A DNA stretch of 53,906 nt from Verrucomicrobiota bacterium (GTDB lineage Bacteria > Verrucomicrobiota > Verrucomicrobiia > Limisphaerales > UBA8199). The notes beneath the pieces are model-generated. The model ran no database searches. It worked only from the letters and a program-made list of their open reading frames with translations, and had not been told where the DNA came from. Position numbers and translations under genes: made by a program. The DNA lies in assembly GCA_037130375.1 (NCBI GenBank), contig JBAXTC010000002.1, positions 1 through 53,906 of the forward strand. The letters are read 5' to 3'. Position 1 is the first letter of the stretch, and every line of letters begins with the position of its first letter. Shown here piece after piece: positions 24,824-34,581 of this stretch.

Positions 24824-26935
24824 TCATCTCAACGACCGGTAGGCAATCACCGCGGCCGAAGGTTTTTCTTTGAGCGTCACCGTTAAGCCTTGCTGCATCA
24901 ACTCCCGGCCTGTGCGGACTTCCTTGCCGCCGTCAAAGTTCTCCACCTCGAATCGCGCCTTTGATTCCAAGCCGCGCAGCTTGAAGTTCATGCTCTGCTC
25001 GCCGCTGTCCGGACGGCGGAATACCTGCACCACGCCCTCGCCCAAATCCGGCCGATCGAACTGCCACGCCAGCCACACGTCATCCTTAAGGCTGTATGGC
25101 GTGAGCGGGTAGAAATCTCCGAGCATGAGGTGCGCGACCCGGCTGCATTCGTCGTAGGCCTGCTGTGCGCCGGAAACGGTGGGACCGTCCCACGGGGTCA
25201 TGGAGGGAGCGTAATAACTGCGGGTCATAAAGGGCTCGGCGAAAAAGCCGGCGTTGCCGTAGTAGGGCAGCCAAGCCGCCAGAGCAAGCGTCTGGCTTTG
25301 GGTCGCCAGCGCGTTGGTTCGCGTCTTCGAGACGAAGTCCGTCCGGCAAAGCGGCACCGCTCGGCGCATGGACTCAAGGTCGTTGCGCCGTCCGCCTGAC
25401 GCGCAGGAATCGATGAATAGGCCCGGATGACGCAGGCGCAACTGGTCCCAAAACGCAAGATGCCCCTGGACGTAAAGGTTCTCGGTCATGCCTTGGCGGT
25501 CAGAGACGTCGTGCTTGCGGCAGGCCGGCAGTGGTCCGCCCCCATTCATGTCCTCGCGATACCAGTCGATTCCTTCGGACCGAATCATCCCACTGACATG
25601 GTTGATGAGCCACTGCAGCGCTTCGGGGTTGCCCAGGTTCAGCAACGCACCGTGCGAGGTGCCGGGCAGCAGCCAGTCCGGGCGGTCCCGCGCGAGCCAG
25701 GAGTTGGTGTCCCCGACGCGTTCAGGTTCAAACCACAGAATGAATTGTTTGCCATTGGCATGGAGCTTTTCGGTAAACTCACTGAATCCGTTCGGCAGAC
25801 GGACCGGATCAGGGATCCAAGTCCCGGTGTTCAGCCAGCGGTCGCTCCCGGCGTAGGTTCCGTTGTCGCAAGGGTACCAACCGGCATCGACCCACAAGGC
25901 GGTGAGTTTGGATCCGGGCGCGGCGATGATTTCCGTCACGGCCCGGCAGTTGACCTCTGACTGCTCCGCCAGCGGGGAGGGGCAAGTGGAAATCATCGGC
26001 GGCGGCAATTTCCCCCTTGCACGCGGCATGTTGTGCGCCACGAACCAACGCCGCCAGAGATTCTGTGCCTGCACCAAGTCGTCTCCTGAATAAAACACCA
26101 TCGCGATCAACGGCGTGCGGATCTCTTCCCCGGGCTTGAGCGAAAGATGCGTGGTCTGCTGGCCGGCGACGATTCTCAAACTGTTCGCGTCCCCGCGCTT
26201 AAATGAACTGGCCCATTGACCCGGCCAGCCAATCGCCAGGATCAAACCCCCTCCCGGCATCTGGAGATTGTAATAAGGCCAACCCCGCGGCCCGTCGCAG
26301 GATTTTCCCGATGCATCCGGGGGGCCAAACTTCTGCTCCAAACCTGGAGTCAAAGACACCTGGTAGGGTTCGTAGCTGTCCATGGCGCAGAAATCGCCTT
26401 TGTTGCAGTGCAACAGAAACTCGCCATTGCCGGACTTTTCAAAACGCGTGTCCAAACCCTGAATCTCTTTCAGGATCAGGGTGTCCTTAATTCCGGTGTT
26501 CCGAAAGTAAACGATCCACTCCACAGCCGGATAGTCCGTGTACTCTACCGATTCGCAGCGCACCACCATGCCTGTCGCGGGATCGCTCCAAGTCATGCTG
26601 CGCTCGGTACGGCCAGCCCCCGGGTTTCTGCTGCGAACTCTCAATTTCCACTGGCTCAGCAGTTCCCCGGAATCCCGACCGCCGTAGATGAACGAAAAGG
26701 GAAGGACAGGTTTTTCTCCAAGAATATGTTGTTGCGACCATCGATCCCGCTCCTGGACGGCCGCCGGCGTTACGAGTTCGGAATCGGCAGTAAGCGTCTC
26801 GCGAAACAAAAAAAACGCCACGACCGAGGACCACACCACGCCCGTGAGTCGCAGTTTTCGGCGCATACAAGGGCCGCCCATGCTGGCAACCCCCATAAAA
26901 TCACTCAGACGAGTTTTGCATTTGGCAGCTTTCAT
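24824..26935 (-). CDS. GH36-like (clan GH-D, alpha-galactosidase-type) glycoside hydrolase, paralogue 1
   Basis: 703-aa ORF. The likely start is Met24 at 26866 (MRRKLRLTGVVWSSVVAFFLF is signal-like). The nucleophile-type motif is GIDWYREDMNGG and the acid/base-type motif is IDSCASGGRRNDLESMRR. Compare GH36 KWDMN and CSGGGGRxD (from memory). Confidence 0.75.
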   Translation of the reverse strand: MKAAKCKTRLSDFMGVASMGGPCMRRKLRLTGVVWSSVVAFFLFRETLTADSELVTPAAVQERDRWSQQHILGEKPVLPFSFIYGGRDSGELLSQWKLRVRSRNPGAGRTERSMTWSDPATGMVVRCESVEYTDYPAVEWIVYFRNTGIKDTLILKEIQGLDTRFEKSGNGEFLLHCNKGDFCAMDSYEPYQVSLTPGLEQKFGPPDASGKSCDGPRGWPYYNLQMPGGGLILAIGWPGQWASSFKRGDANSLRIVAGQQTTHLSLKPGEEIRTPLIAMVFYSGDDLVQAQNLWRRWFVAHNMPRARGKLPPPMISTCPSPLAEQSEVNCRAVTEIIAAPGSKLTALWVDAGWYPCDNGTYAGSDRWLNTGTWIPDPVRLPNGFSEFTEKLHANGKQFILWFEPERVGDTNSWLARDRPDWLLPGTSHGALLNLGNPEALQWLINHVSGMIRSEGIDWYREDMNGGGPLPACRKHDVSDRQGMTENLYVQGHLAFWDQLRLRHPGLFIDSCASGGRRNDLESMRRAVPLCRTDFVSKTRTNALATQSQTLALAAWLPYYGNAGFFAEPFMTRSYYAPSMTPWDGPTVSGAQQAYDECSRVAHLMLGDFYPLTPYSLKDDVWLAWQFDRPDLGEGVVQVFRRPDSGEQSMNFKLRGLESKARFEVENFDGGKEVRTGRELMQQGLTVTLKEKPSAAVIAYRSLR

Positions 26936-26987
26936 ATCTTCATGGGTTGAAGGAATGGCGCTTGAGATTACTCGCAGGCTTAAAATC

Positions 26988-29585
26988 TCACTTCAGTTTC
27001 CGGTACATTATAAGTGTGGCTTCGGGTTGAGACTTCAGAGACACGGCCAGGCCTTCTGTGCTCAAAGCCTTTCCGGTCATTTCCATCGGTTTGGATGTAT
27101 CAACATTCGTGAGCTCATAACGGGCGGTTTCATCCAGACCCCGCAGCGCGAATCTCATTTCGGTTACACCGCACTTGGGCCGGCGGAAAACTTGAATCAT
27201 GCCCAGACCCGCTTCCGGTCGATCGAATTGCCAAGCCATCCACACGTCATTGTCCGTGCGATAAGTGGTCAGGGGATAGAAGTCCCCGTAGTAATTGTCC
27301 GCAGCCTGGCGCCACTGGGCGGTAAGCCGGCGCAGAAGGTCGTAATCGAGGTCCTTGCGGCGCACATCCCACACACAAGAGATGGCTGGAGCCATTTGAC
27401 TGCGGAAGTTGTAGTGGTCGAGCGCATTCACACCCGTGCCAAAAAACGGTATCCAATAGGACATGCCATAGGTCATGTTTTGCATGCCGCTTGCCTCGTA
27501 GGCGTAATCGCTGCGCCAGAGCGGCACCGCGCGCCGCAACAACTCAAGTTCGTTCCGCCCTCCGCCCCCGCAGCAGATATCGATGCGCAGGCCTGGATGC
27601 CGATGGCGCAATTCATCCAGGAATTCCAACAGACCTTGTATGTGCCGGATTTCGAGCATCCCTACCCGATCCGGGGTGTCGTTGCTGCGCCACACCGGGT
27701 AGGGCGGATCGCCGTCCATGCGGAACAGGTCCACTCCCTGCTCAGTGATCACCTTATCGTAGAACTCGAGCGCCCAGGCGCGGGCCTTTGGATCCGCGAA
27801 ATTAAACATCGGTTTCCGCCCCTCGGGCTGCATGTGTTGCGCAGCCCAGTCCTCCAGTGATCGAGCCCCGCGTTCGAGGAAAAACTCGGGGTGCTGTTCG
27901 TAAGTCCAGGATTCCGGGACCGCCCATTCCGGGGCGAACCAAAGAATTGCTTTGCCGCCTTTCGACCGCGCATAGTCGGTCACCGGCCGCAATCCGCGCG
28001 GGAACTTTTTCGGGTCGGGCTTCCAACTGCCCAGCGCGCCCCAAAAGCCGTTGAACTTTTCCGCCACTTCGTACCAGCCGGCATCCATCCACCAGTAGTC
28101 GAACCGGATGTTTTCCTGGACATAGCGGTCGATGAACTCGATTTGATTCCGCTCGTTGGCTTCTCCCATTTCGATGTGCTGGGAGGCGCTGCTGGCGGCT
28201 AATTGCGGCGGTGGCAGTTTGCCTTCCGCCCTTGGCAAGTTGTGCGCAATCATCCAACGCCGCCACAGGTTCTGGCTGCGGGTCGTATCGCCCTTCGCGA
28301 ACATCATCGCGATGAGCGGAGTGCGGATTTCCTCTCCGCGCAACAACCGGAGATGAACAAATTCCTGCCCAGCCTCGATCGACAAGCCGTTGCCCTGGTC
28401 GCGTCTAAGCCATGCTTTCCATTGCCCGGGCCATCCGATCGCCAGCATCACGCCGCCGCCGGGCGCGTCCATGTGAAAGAACGGAAGGTCGCCCCCGGCC
28501 GGCAAGCCGTCTACCGCCGCCAGGATCTTTTGGGTTCCGGGGCCAAGCCGTGTTTCCAACGGCCCATACTGTGTCGGGGCCATCATCACCAGGCCCGAGT
28601 GACCTGCGCCATTGGCATGGCGCAGGTTGAACTCGCCGTCGCCATTGCGCTCCCACCGGATGTCCAGAGGGCGCACCAATTCCAGGATCGGCAGGCTCTT
28701 GTCGCTCGTGTTTTTCAAGTAGAGCACCCATTCCACGACGGGGAAATCGGCATATTCAATTCCAACGCAACGAGCGTCGAGTCCGCTCGCTGGATCTCGA
28801 AAGCTGCGCGTGTGTTCGGTGCGGTTTTCGTCCAGCTTTCGGCTGACGCATTTCTGCTCCCAGGATTTGAGTAGGTCAGTAGAAGGCCGCCCGCCGTAAA
28901 CGAAAGAAAAAGGCACTTCCGCGGAGAAAGGAGAACGGAGTGGCCCGACCGGCAGTTCGTCGAGCCAGATCACTTTTTCGTCCGCCATCATGACCCGGGC
29001 TTCAGCCCAGTCGGCTTGGTTGAAGTTGATCCGCTGGACCATGCCTCCGCCGGCATCGATCAGCCGAAGGGTGAACTCGCTCGCACCTTTGAGGTCAACT
29101 TTCACGGGGATCGCCGCCATGCCTTCCAGCAAGGTTTCCGAGCGGTAAACTTCCTCTCCCGCAACTTCCAGAATCCCGACTGCGCGCCCACGCCCAGCGT
29201 TTGAGGGATAGGCCATCACTCGATTGCTATCGACGCCAAGCTTGGCTTCGAAGGAACGGGCGGGACGGCCAAGGCGCACGACCACCCTGACTTCCGAAGG
29301 ACAGTGCAGGCCGCGCTCGTAACGCTTGTCCGCGATGAGCAACTCGCAAGTGGTTAGCGGGTAAAGTCCGTAGCCCTGGATCGTTACCTTGTTTTTCTCC
29401 AATGGCCCGGCACTCAAGTAAACCATCAGGCAGGGTTCGGAGGCGGGCGGCTCACCTTGCCCTTGGAATTTTGCGGCCACCCACCGGCGTGCCTCGGACA
29501 TTTCGCCCGCGCTGGCAAAGGGAGCGGAGTGCGCCCGCAGCCAGAGCAGCAAAACCGTGAGAACGAAGGAAGCTCTAACCTGCAT
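26988..29585 (-). CDS. GH36-like glycoside hydrolase, paralogue 2, with N-terminal NPCBM-like carbohydrate-binding module
   Basis: 865 aa with signal peptide MQVRASFVLTVLLLWLRAHSAPFASA. The NPCBM-like block is YERGLHCPSEVRVVVRLGRPARSFEAKLGVDSN...NFNQADWAEARV. The catalytic motifs are GVDLFRMDGDPP and IDICCGGGGRNELELLRR. It lies 52 bp upstream of paralogue 1. Confidence 0.78.
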   Translation of the reverse strand: MQVRASFVLTVLLLWLRAHSAPFASAGEMSEARRWVAAKFQGQGEPPASEPCLMVYLSAGPLEKNKVTIQGYGLYPLTTCELLIADKRYERGLHCPSEVRVVVRLGRPARSFEAKLGVDSNRVMAYPSNAGRGRAVGILEVAGEEVYRSETLLEGMAAIPVKVDLKGASEFTLRLIDAGGGMVQRINFNQADWAEARVMMADEKVIWLDELPVGPLRSPFSAEVPFSFVYGGRPSTDLLKSWEQKCVSRKLDENRTEHTRSFRDPASGLDARCVGIEYADFPVVEWVLYLKNTSDKSLPILELVRPLDIRWERNGDGEFNLRHANGAGHSGLVMMAPTQYGPLETRLGPGTQKILAAVDGLPAGGDLPFFHMDAPGGGVMLAIGWPGQWKAWLRRDQGNGLSIEAGQEFVHLRLLRGEEIRTPLIAMMFAKGDTTRSQNLWRRWMIAHNLPRAEGKLPPPQLAASSASQHIEMGEANERNQIEFIDRYVQENIRFDYWWMDAGWYEVAEKFNGFWGALGSWKPDPKKFPRGLRPVTDYARSKGGKAILWFAPEWAVPESWTYEQHPEFFLERGARSLEDWAAQHMQPEGRKPMFNFADPKARAWALEFYDKVITEQGVDLFRMDGDPPYPVWRSNDTPDRVGMLEIRHIQGLLEFLDELRHRHPGLRIDICCGGGGRNELELLRRAVPLWRSDYAYEASGMQNMTYGMSYWIPFFGTGVNALDHYNFRSQMAPAISCVWDVRRKDLDYDLLRRLTAQWRQAADNYYGDFYPLTTYRTDNDVWMAWQFDRPEAGLGMIQVFRRPKCGVTEMRFALRGLDETARYELTNVDTSKPMEMTGKALSTEGLAVSLKSQPEATLIMYRKLK

Positions 29586-29764
29586 ATTTCATACTGTTTC
29601 TAGCCGGCCCCCCACGAACACCAATAGCGGCGGGGCTCCGAGGCGGTTTTTCGACATCCGTTTATTTCAACACACTGTCGGAAGCCACTTTTTGGTTTGT
29701 GCATGAAACACCTGTAAACATTGAGTTTAATCGGTTTTGGCACCAAGTGTGAAATATCCGGGCT

Positions 29765-29863
29765 AAGGAGGGCATTGGCGTACAGCGAGGGATGCACCCC
29801 GTCGTAAGCCAGCGCGGTGGAACCCTGCGCGACGCGGAATTGCGCTTCCAAGGGTGCAAGATC
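29765..29863 (-). pseudogene. 33-codon C-terminal remnant of an SGNH/GDSL hydrolase gene
   Basis: My translation DLAPLEAQFRVAQGSTALAYDGVHPSLYANALL matches DLAPLESGFRVGQGATAFAYDGVHPSVYGNALL of the 40843..41685 gene (26/33 identical, counted). This includes the block V D-x-x-H. It starts 9 nt after the P4 stop codon, and nothing upstream of it is SGNH-like. Confidence 0.7.
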
Positions 29864-29872
29864 AGTGTCTGG

Positions 29873-30673
29873 CTACCAGTAGAAACCGAAGGCACCCCCA
29901 AAGAACTGCTTGGCCTTGTCCAACCCTGTCACGGCGTTGGTGTATTGTCTCCAACTCATTCCCTCAGAATGTCCGTCCATGAAGGCGAGATTGCCAACGT
30001 CGCCGTGGTACTTTGTTCCGAGATGATCCGTACCTTCTGGATTCTCGGCCAGGAAGAGGGTCATCCCATTGTCGTACTGCGAGTTGTCCGGTTCGAAGAC
30101 CAGTAAAGTTCGCGATGGCGAACTGCGGAGCGAGCTCAACTTTAGGTCGAGAAGCGTCTGGTTTCCAGGCGCCGGAGGGTAAATAGACATCGCGGCCTGG
30201 CCATTGATCGTGTAACTCCAAGAAGGATACGTTAGGGGAGGTGCCGTGATATTGAAGCCCCAGAATCTGAGATTAGGTTGTCCGTCGGGAAGCAATGGCT
30301 TGCGCATAGCGTAAGTGGGGCAACGAAATACGCCAACGGACTTCCCCACATAGCTCCACAGCAGACCGGTGGCAAGGTCCCCTTGTTTTTCCGCGCCCTG
30401 GAGACGCCGGTCGGCTGGCCAGGCATAATCGGGATCGTGAAACTCCCAACCCCAGCCGGGGATATAGTCCTTGTAATCATTGGCATACATCATGAACCCA
30501 AGGCCAATTTGCTTCAAGTTGCTACGGCAGCCTATGGATTGTGCTTTCGCCTTGGCCTTGCTCAAGGCGGGCAAAAGCAGCGCCGCCAGAATCGCGATGA
30601 TCGCGATTACCACCAGCAGTTCAATGAGAGTGAAGGCTCTTTTTCCCTGTTTCCAGAATGCTGTTTCGATCAT
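29873..30673 (-). CDS. Prepilin-type N-terminal domain / H-X9-DG pseudopilin-like protein (P4)
   Basis: The ORF is open to 30784, but that extension would cover a conserved hairpin. The likely start is ATG at 30673, giving a 13-aa leader [13 protein letters not shown]|[28 protein letters not shown]. The C-terminus has [13 protein letters not shown]. It is a close paralogue of P5 and P6. Confidence 0.88.
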   Translation of the reverse strand: MIETAFWKQGKRAFTLIELLVVIAIIAILAALLLPALSKAKAKAQSIGCRSNLKQIGLGFMMYANDYKDYIPGWGWEFHDPDYAWPADRRLQGAEKQGDLATGLLWSYVGKSVGVFRCPTYAMRKPLLPDGQPNLRFWGFNITAPPLTYPSWSYTINGQAAMSIYPPAPGNQTLLDLKLSSLRSSPSRTLLVFEPDNSQYDNGMTLFLAENPEGTDHLGTKYHGDVGNLAFMDGHSEGMSWRQYTNAVTGLDKAKQFFGGAFGFYW

Positions 30674-30761
30674 GAGGGAACAATCTTCGAAGTGGGACAT
30701 TTCCACGACTCTTGTCTTACATTGAATAGGCGATTCGACCTGCCAACCGATTAGTTGCGGT

Positions 30762-30797
30762 CTGCATCGCAGGGGTGTTGCCACCCCCGCGTGCAGG
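30762..30797 (-). other. Intergenic stem-loop between the 887-aa LamG gene and P4 (related to the hairpins at 21053 and 39480)
   Basis: The sense strand reads CCTGCA-c-GCGGGGGUG-gcaa-CACCCCUGC-ga-UGCAG. That gives 9 bp (including one G.U) plus 5 bp of outer pairing. It sits 18 nt after the stop at 30815. No U-tract follows. Confidence 0.5.
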
Positions 30798-30814
30798 CGT
30801 CAAGGCTGCTTCAA

Positions 30815-33478
30815 TTATTGCATCAGGCGATAGTATTTGCTGAGTCCAAGCGCAGTAACGGGGCGCGGACTCGTTGCGCCAACCACTTCTGTCCACGAAC
30901 CGGCGAGGCTATCAGCCGACATAAGCTTCCAACCGGGAGCATCCCAAGTCAGCGAAACCGCACCTCCTGGATTCTGGATGTAGAGGAGCACCGGGATGCC
31001 AGTGATGTAGGCCTGTGAACTGGGGGCAATCGAAGTGCCCGCCCAGTTCTTCACTCCATTCACCGTCAGTATGTAAACCGGGCCATCGGTCAGCGGTGAT
31101 GTGGTCAACTGGACCGTTCGATAATCCACGATTGACACTGCACTGACGGTGCGTCCATGGTCAACCGCGTAGTTGGCAGCGTTGGTTGCGGAGGTGACGT
31201 CGAGCGCATCCGAGAATACGACCGTCACGGTGGTGTTGTTCGCGGCACTGCTACTCGGTGCTGCCAGAGTCGGAGGTGTAGCCGAAGGGCTGAAGTATTT
31301 GCTGCCGATGTAACGCTGTATCGCTGCATCCTGAGATGCCGACACGGACGAGTAAATCAGAACTTCGGCGATGTTCCCGACCAGAGCTTGAACAACACTG
31401 TTATCGAAGAGCGACCCCAAGGCGAGTCCGCGCGCCGCAGAATAATCAATCGGGGCAGTCCCGACGTAGGTGTTCCTCAACCGACCGTTGACCGACAAGG
31501 TCTTGTTTCCGGGGTTGGCAAACGTGCCCACGATGTAGGCGGGCACCATGCTCTGCAGTGCGGACCCGGATTCGAGAGGACGATAAATGCCGCCCGCTTC
31601 CATATTCGACCATTTGATGGCGGTGGGGTCGCCGTCGGCAGTGCCGAGCACCCAGCCCTCCCAGTTGCCCAACCAATCACGCGCCGGGTTTGACGTATTC
31701 ACCGCGCCAACCAGATAGACCGTGAAATTCTGGATATCGAAATCAGGCTGGTTCTGCAAGACGAGCAGGCAACTGCCATCAAAGTTCACCACAGGGTGGA
31801 TACCATTGGGAAAAGCAGCCAGTCCCGGCTTTGCGTTTCCAGTGCCAGGCTGTCCGTTGTGAGTGTTCGCGGCTCCCGCCATATCCTGCCAGTCATACAC
31901 GCCGACGGAGTCCGCCATCACGTTTGTATCTCCCGCCAGCCAAAGGAGCCGGTTGGCCGAAGGGGGCGCTTCGGCAACAACGGGCACGAAGATAGTCGCC
32001 TGAGCAGCACTCGGGTTACCGCCACGATCTTGCACTCCGGTCACCGTCAGTGTCTTTTGGGAAGTAATCGGGCTGGTGGTAAGGACGACGCTGAACACGT
32101 AATTCGACCAGATCGCGTTGCTGGTCTGCGGAATGGCCACGACTGAGATCACTGTAGCCCCGCCGCTAATGCTGTAATTGGCAGCATTCGTTGCGCTGGC
32201 CGGGTTTACAAGCTCCGAGAATGTGACAGTCACTTCGGTGTTCATGACGACATTCAGCAACGCCGATACGACCGTCGGGCCATTGGTGTCCGGAATTACG
32301 GTCAAGAAAGCCGCCTGACTGTTCGTAAACCCTGCTACGTTGGTAATTGCAACACTGTAAAAACCTTGGTGGCCCAATCCGACGTTGGGAATGGTGTATG
32401 AATTTGCGTTGGCTCCCGGGATGGGTGAGCCGCCCTGATACCACTGGTAAGTGAACGGCGGAGTTCCATCCACCACCACGTTGAAACTGGCAGAATTAAA
32501 TTGATTCACTTGCTGGGATTGGGGTTGAGTTGTGACGTTTGGAGCCCCCGGCTTCAGGAAGTATTTGACCAGCAAATCGGTTTGGAGGCTGCCGAGTTCC
32601 GCGCTGCTCAGGCTGCGATTGTAAAGCGCAAGTTCGGCAACAGCCCCGGCAAACCGTTCGTAGGTGCCGTTGCCCCAGGGATTGTTGGCGTCACCGCCGG
32701 CTCCTTGGGTGTGAAATCCGATGGTAAAAGGAGTGCCGGCCGCCGAGCCGCCACGGGCAACGCCGGTTTGAGTGTTGGCGCTCCACCCGCCTTGGGATGC
32801 GTAGTACTCGGTCCACGTCATCGATCCATCGGATGTGAGGTTCATGATGACGATTGCCCATTCTGGCGTCTGCGGGATGGCAAGGCCCGACGGATAAAGC
32901 ACAGATCCCGCGTACGTGATAAACTCGTGCTCGGGAGTGGCCCCCTTCAAGCCAAACGAGTAAGGACAGGCACTCGGCCCACGCTTGGTAAAGATAGCCT
33001 GGTCAGGTCCAAGCCACATGGCCGGTGCATTGTTCAAGTAAACCGCGATCAGCGTGATGTCGGAAGCAGGCTCAATGAGCGTTGGATCCGTGGCATCCAG
33101 CTTGTTGGTTTGCCAAAGCCGGTCGGCATAATGCCCCACCGCATTCAACGGGTCATTGGCTTGCCGAAAGTTTACCGCGTTGAAGGTCACCCCATTGTTA
33201 TTGGCTGTAACCAGTAATGGCGTGTGACTATCGGGGTCGTTTTGCAAATCACCAGGAGGCAGAGCGGGAGCCGCCAAGACGATACCATTCGTGCTGCTGT
33301 CCAACCAGACTGGCACATTCGTTCCGGTCAGCGTGCTGGCCTTGAGCCAGAGCCGGAGTGAGGGATCATTCGGGTTGATCTGCGCATAAGCGGCGCAGGT
33401 AATCAGAATCAACAGGGCTTGGATGCCAATCCATTTCATGGCCCGGCCATTGAAATACAGAGTCGGTGATGTTATCAT
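30815..33478 (-). CDS. Giant secreted LamG/Ig-like multidomain protein, paralogue of 21118..24357 (lacks the CBM-like domain)
   Basis: 887 aa. The first 35 residues are 30/35 identical to the 1079-aa paralogue (MITSPTLYFNGRAMKWIGIQALLILITCAAYAQIN). The likely signal-peptide start is Met14 (33439). The LamG module ends are FAGAVAELALYNRSLS...LLVKYF and LVGNIAEVLIYSSVS...YIGSKYF. The C-terminus is ...VSLTWDAPGWKLMSAD...KYYRLMQ. Confidence 0.85.
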   Translation of the reverse strand: MITSPTLYFNGRAMKWIGIQALLILITCAAYAQINPNDPSLRLWLKASTLTGTNVPVWLDSSTNGIVLAAPALPPGDLQNDPDSHTPLLVTANNNGVTFNAVNFRQANDPLNAVGHYADRLWQTNKLDATDPTLIEPASDITLIAVYLNNAPAMWLGPDQAIFTKRGPSACPYSFGLKGATPEHEFITYAGSVLYPSGLAIPQTPEWAIVIMNLTSDGSMTWTEYYASQGGWSANTQTGVARGGSAAGTPFTIGFHTQGAGGDANNPWGNGTYERFAGAVAELALYNRSLSSAELGSLQTDLLVKYFLKPGAPNVTTQPQSQQVNQFNSASFNVVVDGTPPFTYQWYQGGSPIPGANANSYTIPNVGLGHQGFYSVAITNVAGFTNSQAAFLTVIPDTNGPTVVSALLNVVMNTEVTVTFSELVNPASATNAANYSISGGATVISVVAIPQTSNAIWSNYVFSVVLTTSPITSQKTLTVTGVQDRGGNPSAAQATIFVPVVAEAPPSANRLLWLAGDTNVMADSVGVYDWQDMAGAANTHNGQPGTGNAKPGLAAFPNGIHPVVNFDGSCLLVLQNQPDFDIQNFTVYLVGAVNTSNPARDWLGNWEGWVLGTADGDPTAIKWSNMEAGGIYRPLESGSALQSMVPAYIVGTFANPGNKTLSVNGRLRNTYVGTAPIDYSAARGLALGSLFDNSVVQALVGNIAEVLIYSSVSASQDAAIQRYIGSKYFSPSATPPTLAAPSSSAANNTTVTVVFSDALDVTSATNAANYAVDHGRTVSAVSIVDYRTVQLTTSPLTDGPVYILTVNGVKNWAGTSIAPSSQAYITGIPVLLYIQNPGGAVSLTWDAPGWKLMSADSLAGSWTEVVGATSPRPVTALGLSKYYRLMQ

Positions 33479-33776
33479 GTTGTTATGTTATTTGTTTTTA
33501 TTTAGTTTGCTACTCACGGGTTTAGCCGGCGACGAAGCTGGCTTTCAGTACAAGTACAATTACAATGCTTACCTTTCGGTAATCATAATTACATAGACCT
33601 GTTCGCGAATCGTTACCTCCTTTTTTCGACGTAAAGAATCCTCTTTTTGGATCATCTGGCGAGTTTGCGCCTGGGAGGGGCAGGGCGGAGGAATGAAGAA
33701 TGAGGAACGGTGTCTGGGAAGGGCAGGGGACAGCAGGGGAGATTTAGGGGGGAAAGCAACACAACGCGAGCCGATG
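33479..33776 (-). promoter_or_regulatory. Conserved non-coding 5' leader/promoter block, copy B (paralogous to 24358..24673)
   Basis: The alignment is the same as described for copy A. It contains the same G-tract motif (33721-33752) and a small conserved hairpin AGCCGGC-n6-GCTGGCT. Confidence 0.6.
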
Positions 33777-33844
33777 CAGTTTGCCGGTTTCCAGCCCACT
33801 CGTTAGATTTCCGGCTGGTGGGAAAATCGAGCTGAGGGATCACG

Positions 33845-34057
33845 TCATGATGCGCACTTCAACACGAGGTGTTGGCTTTTGACCCGGAGCGATTGCGCGG
33901 CGAACTCCAGGCAGGCCAGCACATCCTCAATGGCGTCCCCACCAGCGAGGTATTGCAGCAGGGTCTCCACCGGATACCGCAGGTTACGGATGGCCGGCTT
34001 GCCATGGCAAATGTCCGGATTGATCGTGATGCGCGACAGCAACGAGTTCATGCGCAA
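33845..34057 (-). CDS. DUF433-family small protein (antitoxin-like), unusually short; possibly a relic
   Basis: [55 protein letters not shown] carries the DUF433 core (I-x-I-D/N-P-x-I-C-H-G-K-P-x-I-R). It appears to lack about 10 residues before the final helix, compared with the family as I remember it. Confidence 0.5.
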   Translation of the reverse strand: MRMNSLLSRITINPDICHGKPAIRNLRYPVETLLQYLAGGDAIEDVLACLEFAAQSLRVKSQHLVLKCAS

Positions 34058-34074
34058 TCAACGTAGCGTCGAGC

Positions 34075-34367
34075 GTCAGCACTGCAAAGGAGATTGTGGT
34101 CAGAGCTTCATCGACCTTGCGCCGACGTTCATCGAAGTGGCCGGATTGAAATGGTCTGAAACCTGGATGGCCGAATCGTCGGGGTGCAGCCTCGCCGACA
34201 TTTTCCGATCGGACAAATCCGACCTGGTGAACCCGGCGCGCGATCACGTGCTCATCGGCAAGGAACGCACCGACGTCGGACTCCCGCACGACTGGGGCTA
34301 TCCGACCCGCGGCATCGAGAACCGCAACCGAGAGGTTCGATCTGAACTCGTGGAGTTGGCGCGGTAG
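34075..34367 (+). pseudogene. C-terminal fragment of a sulfatase (arylsulfatase/N-sulfoglucosamine sulfohydrolase-like) gene
   Basis: ...[71 protein letters not shown] matches the C-terminal third of PVC-type sulfatases (S-x-IDLAPT..AG; RDHVxIGKERHDVGRP..GYPxRxI). There is no N-terminal catalytic domain or start upstream. Confidence 0.65.
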
Positions 34368-34581
34368 AAAGTCGTCATAAATGCACGTTTTTTGACCGAA
34401 AAACGGAGGCAGCCTCGTTCGCACATCATTAATTTTCGACAAAGGCAAAATGAAAATTGCTAGATCATGTTTCGCTAGTTTCCGCCGCCTCCCGTCGGCT
34501 GGCTGCCGACAATGGGCTGGCACGCGCCAGGAATCGATCATGCCTGGCTTGATCTGGAACGTACTTATACCATAAATCAGC

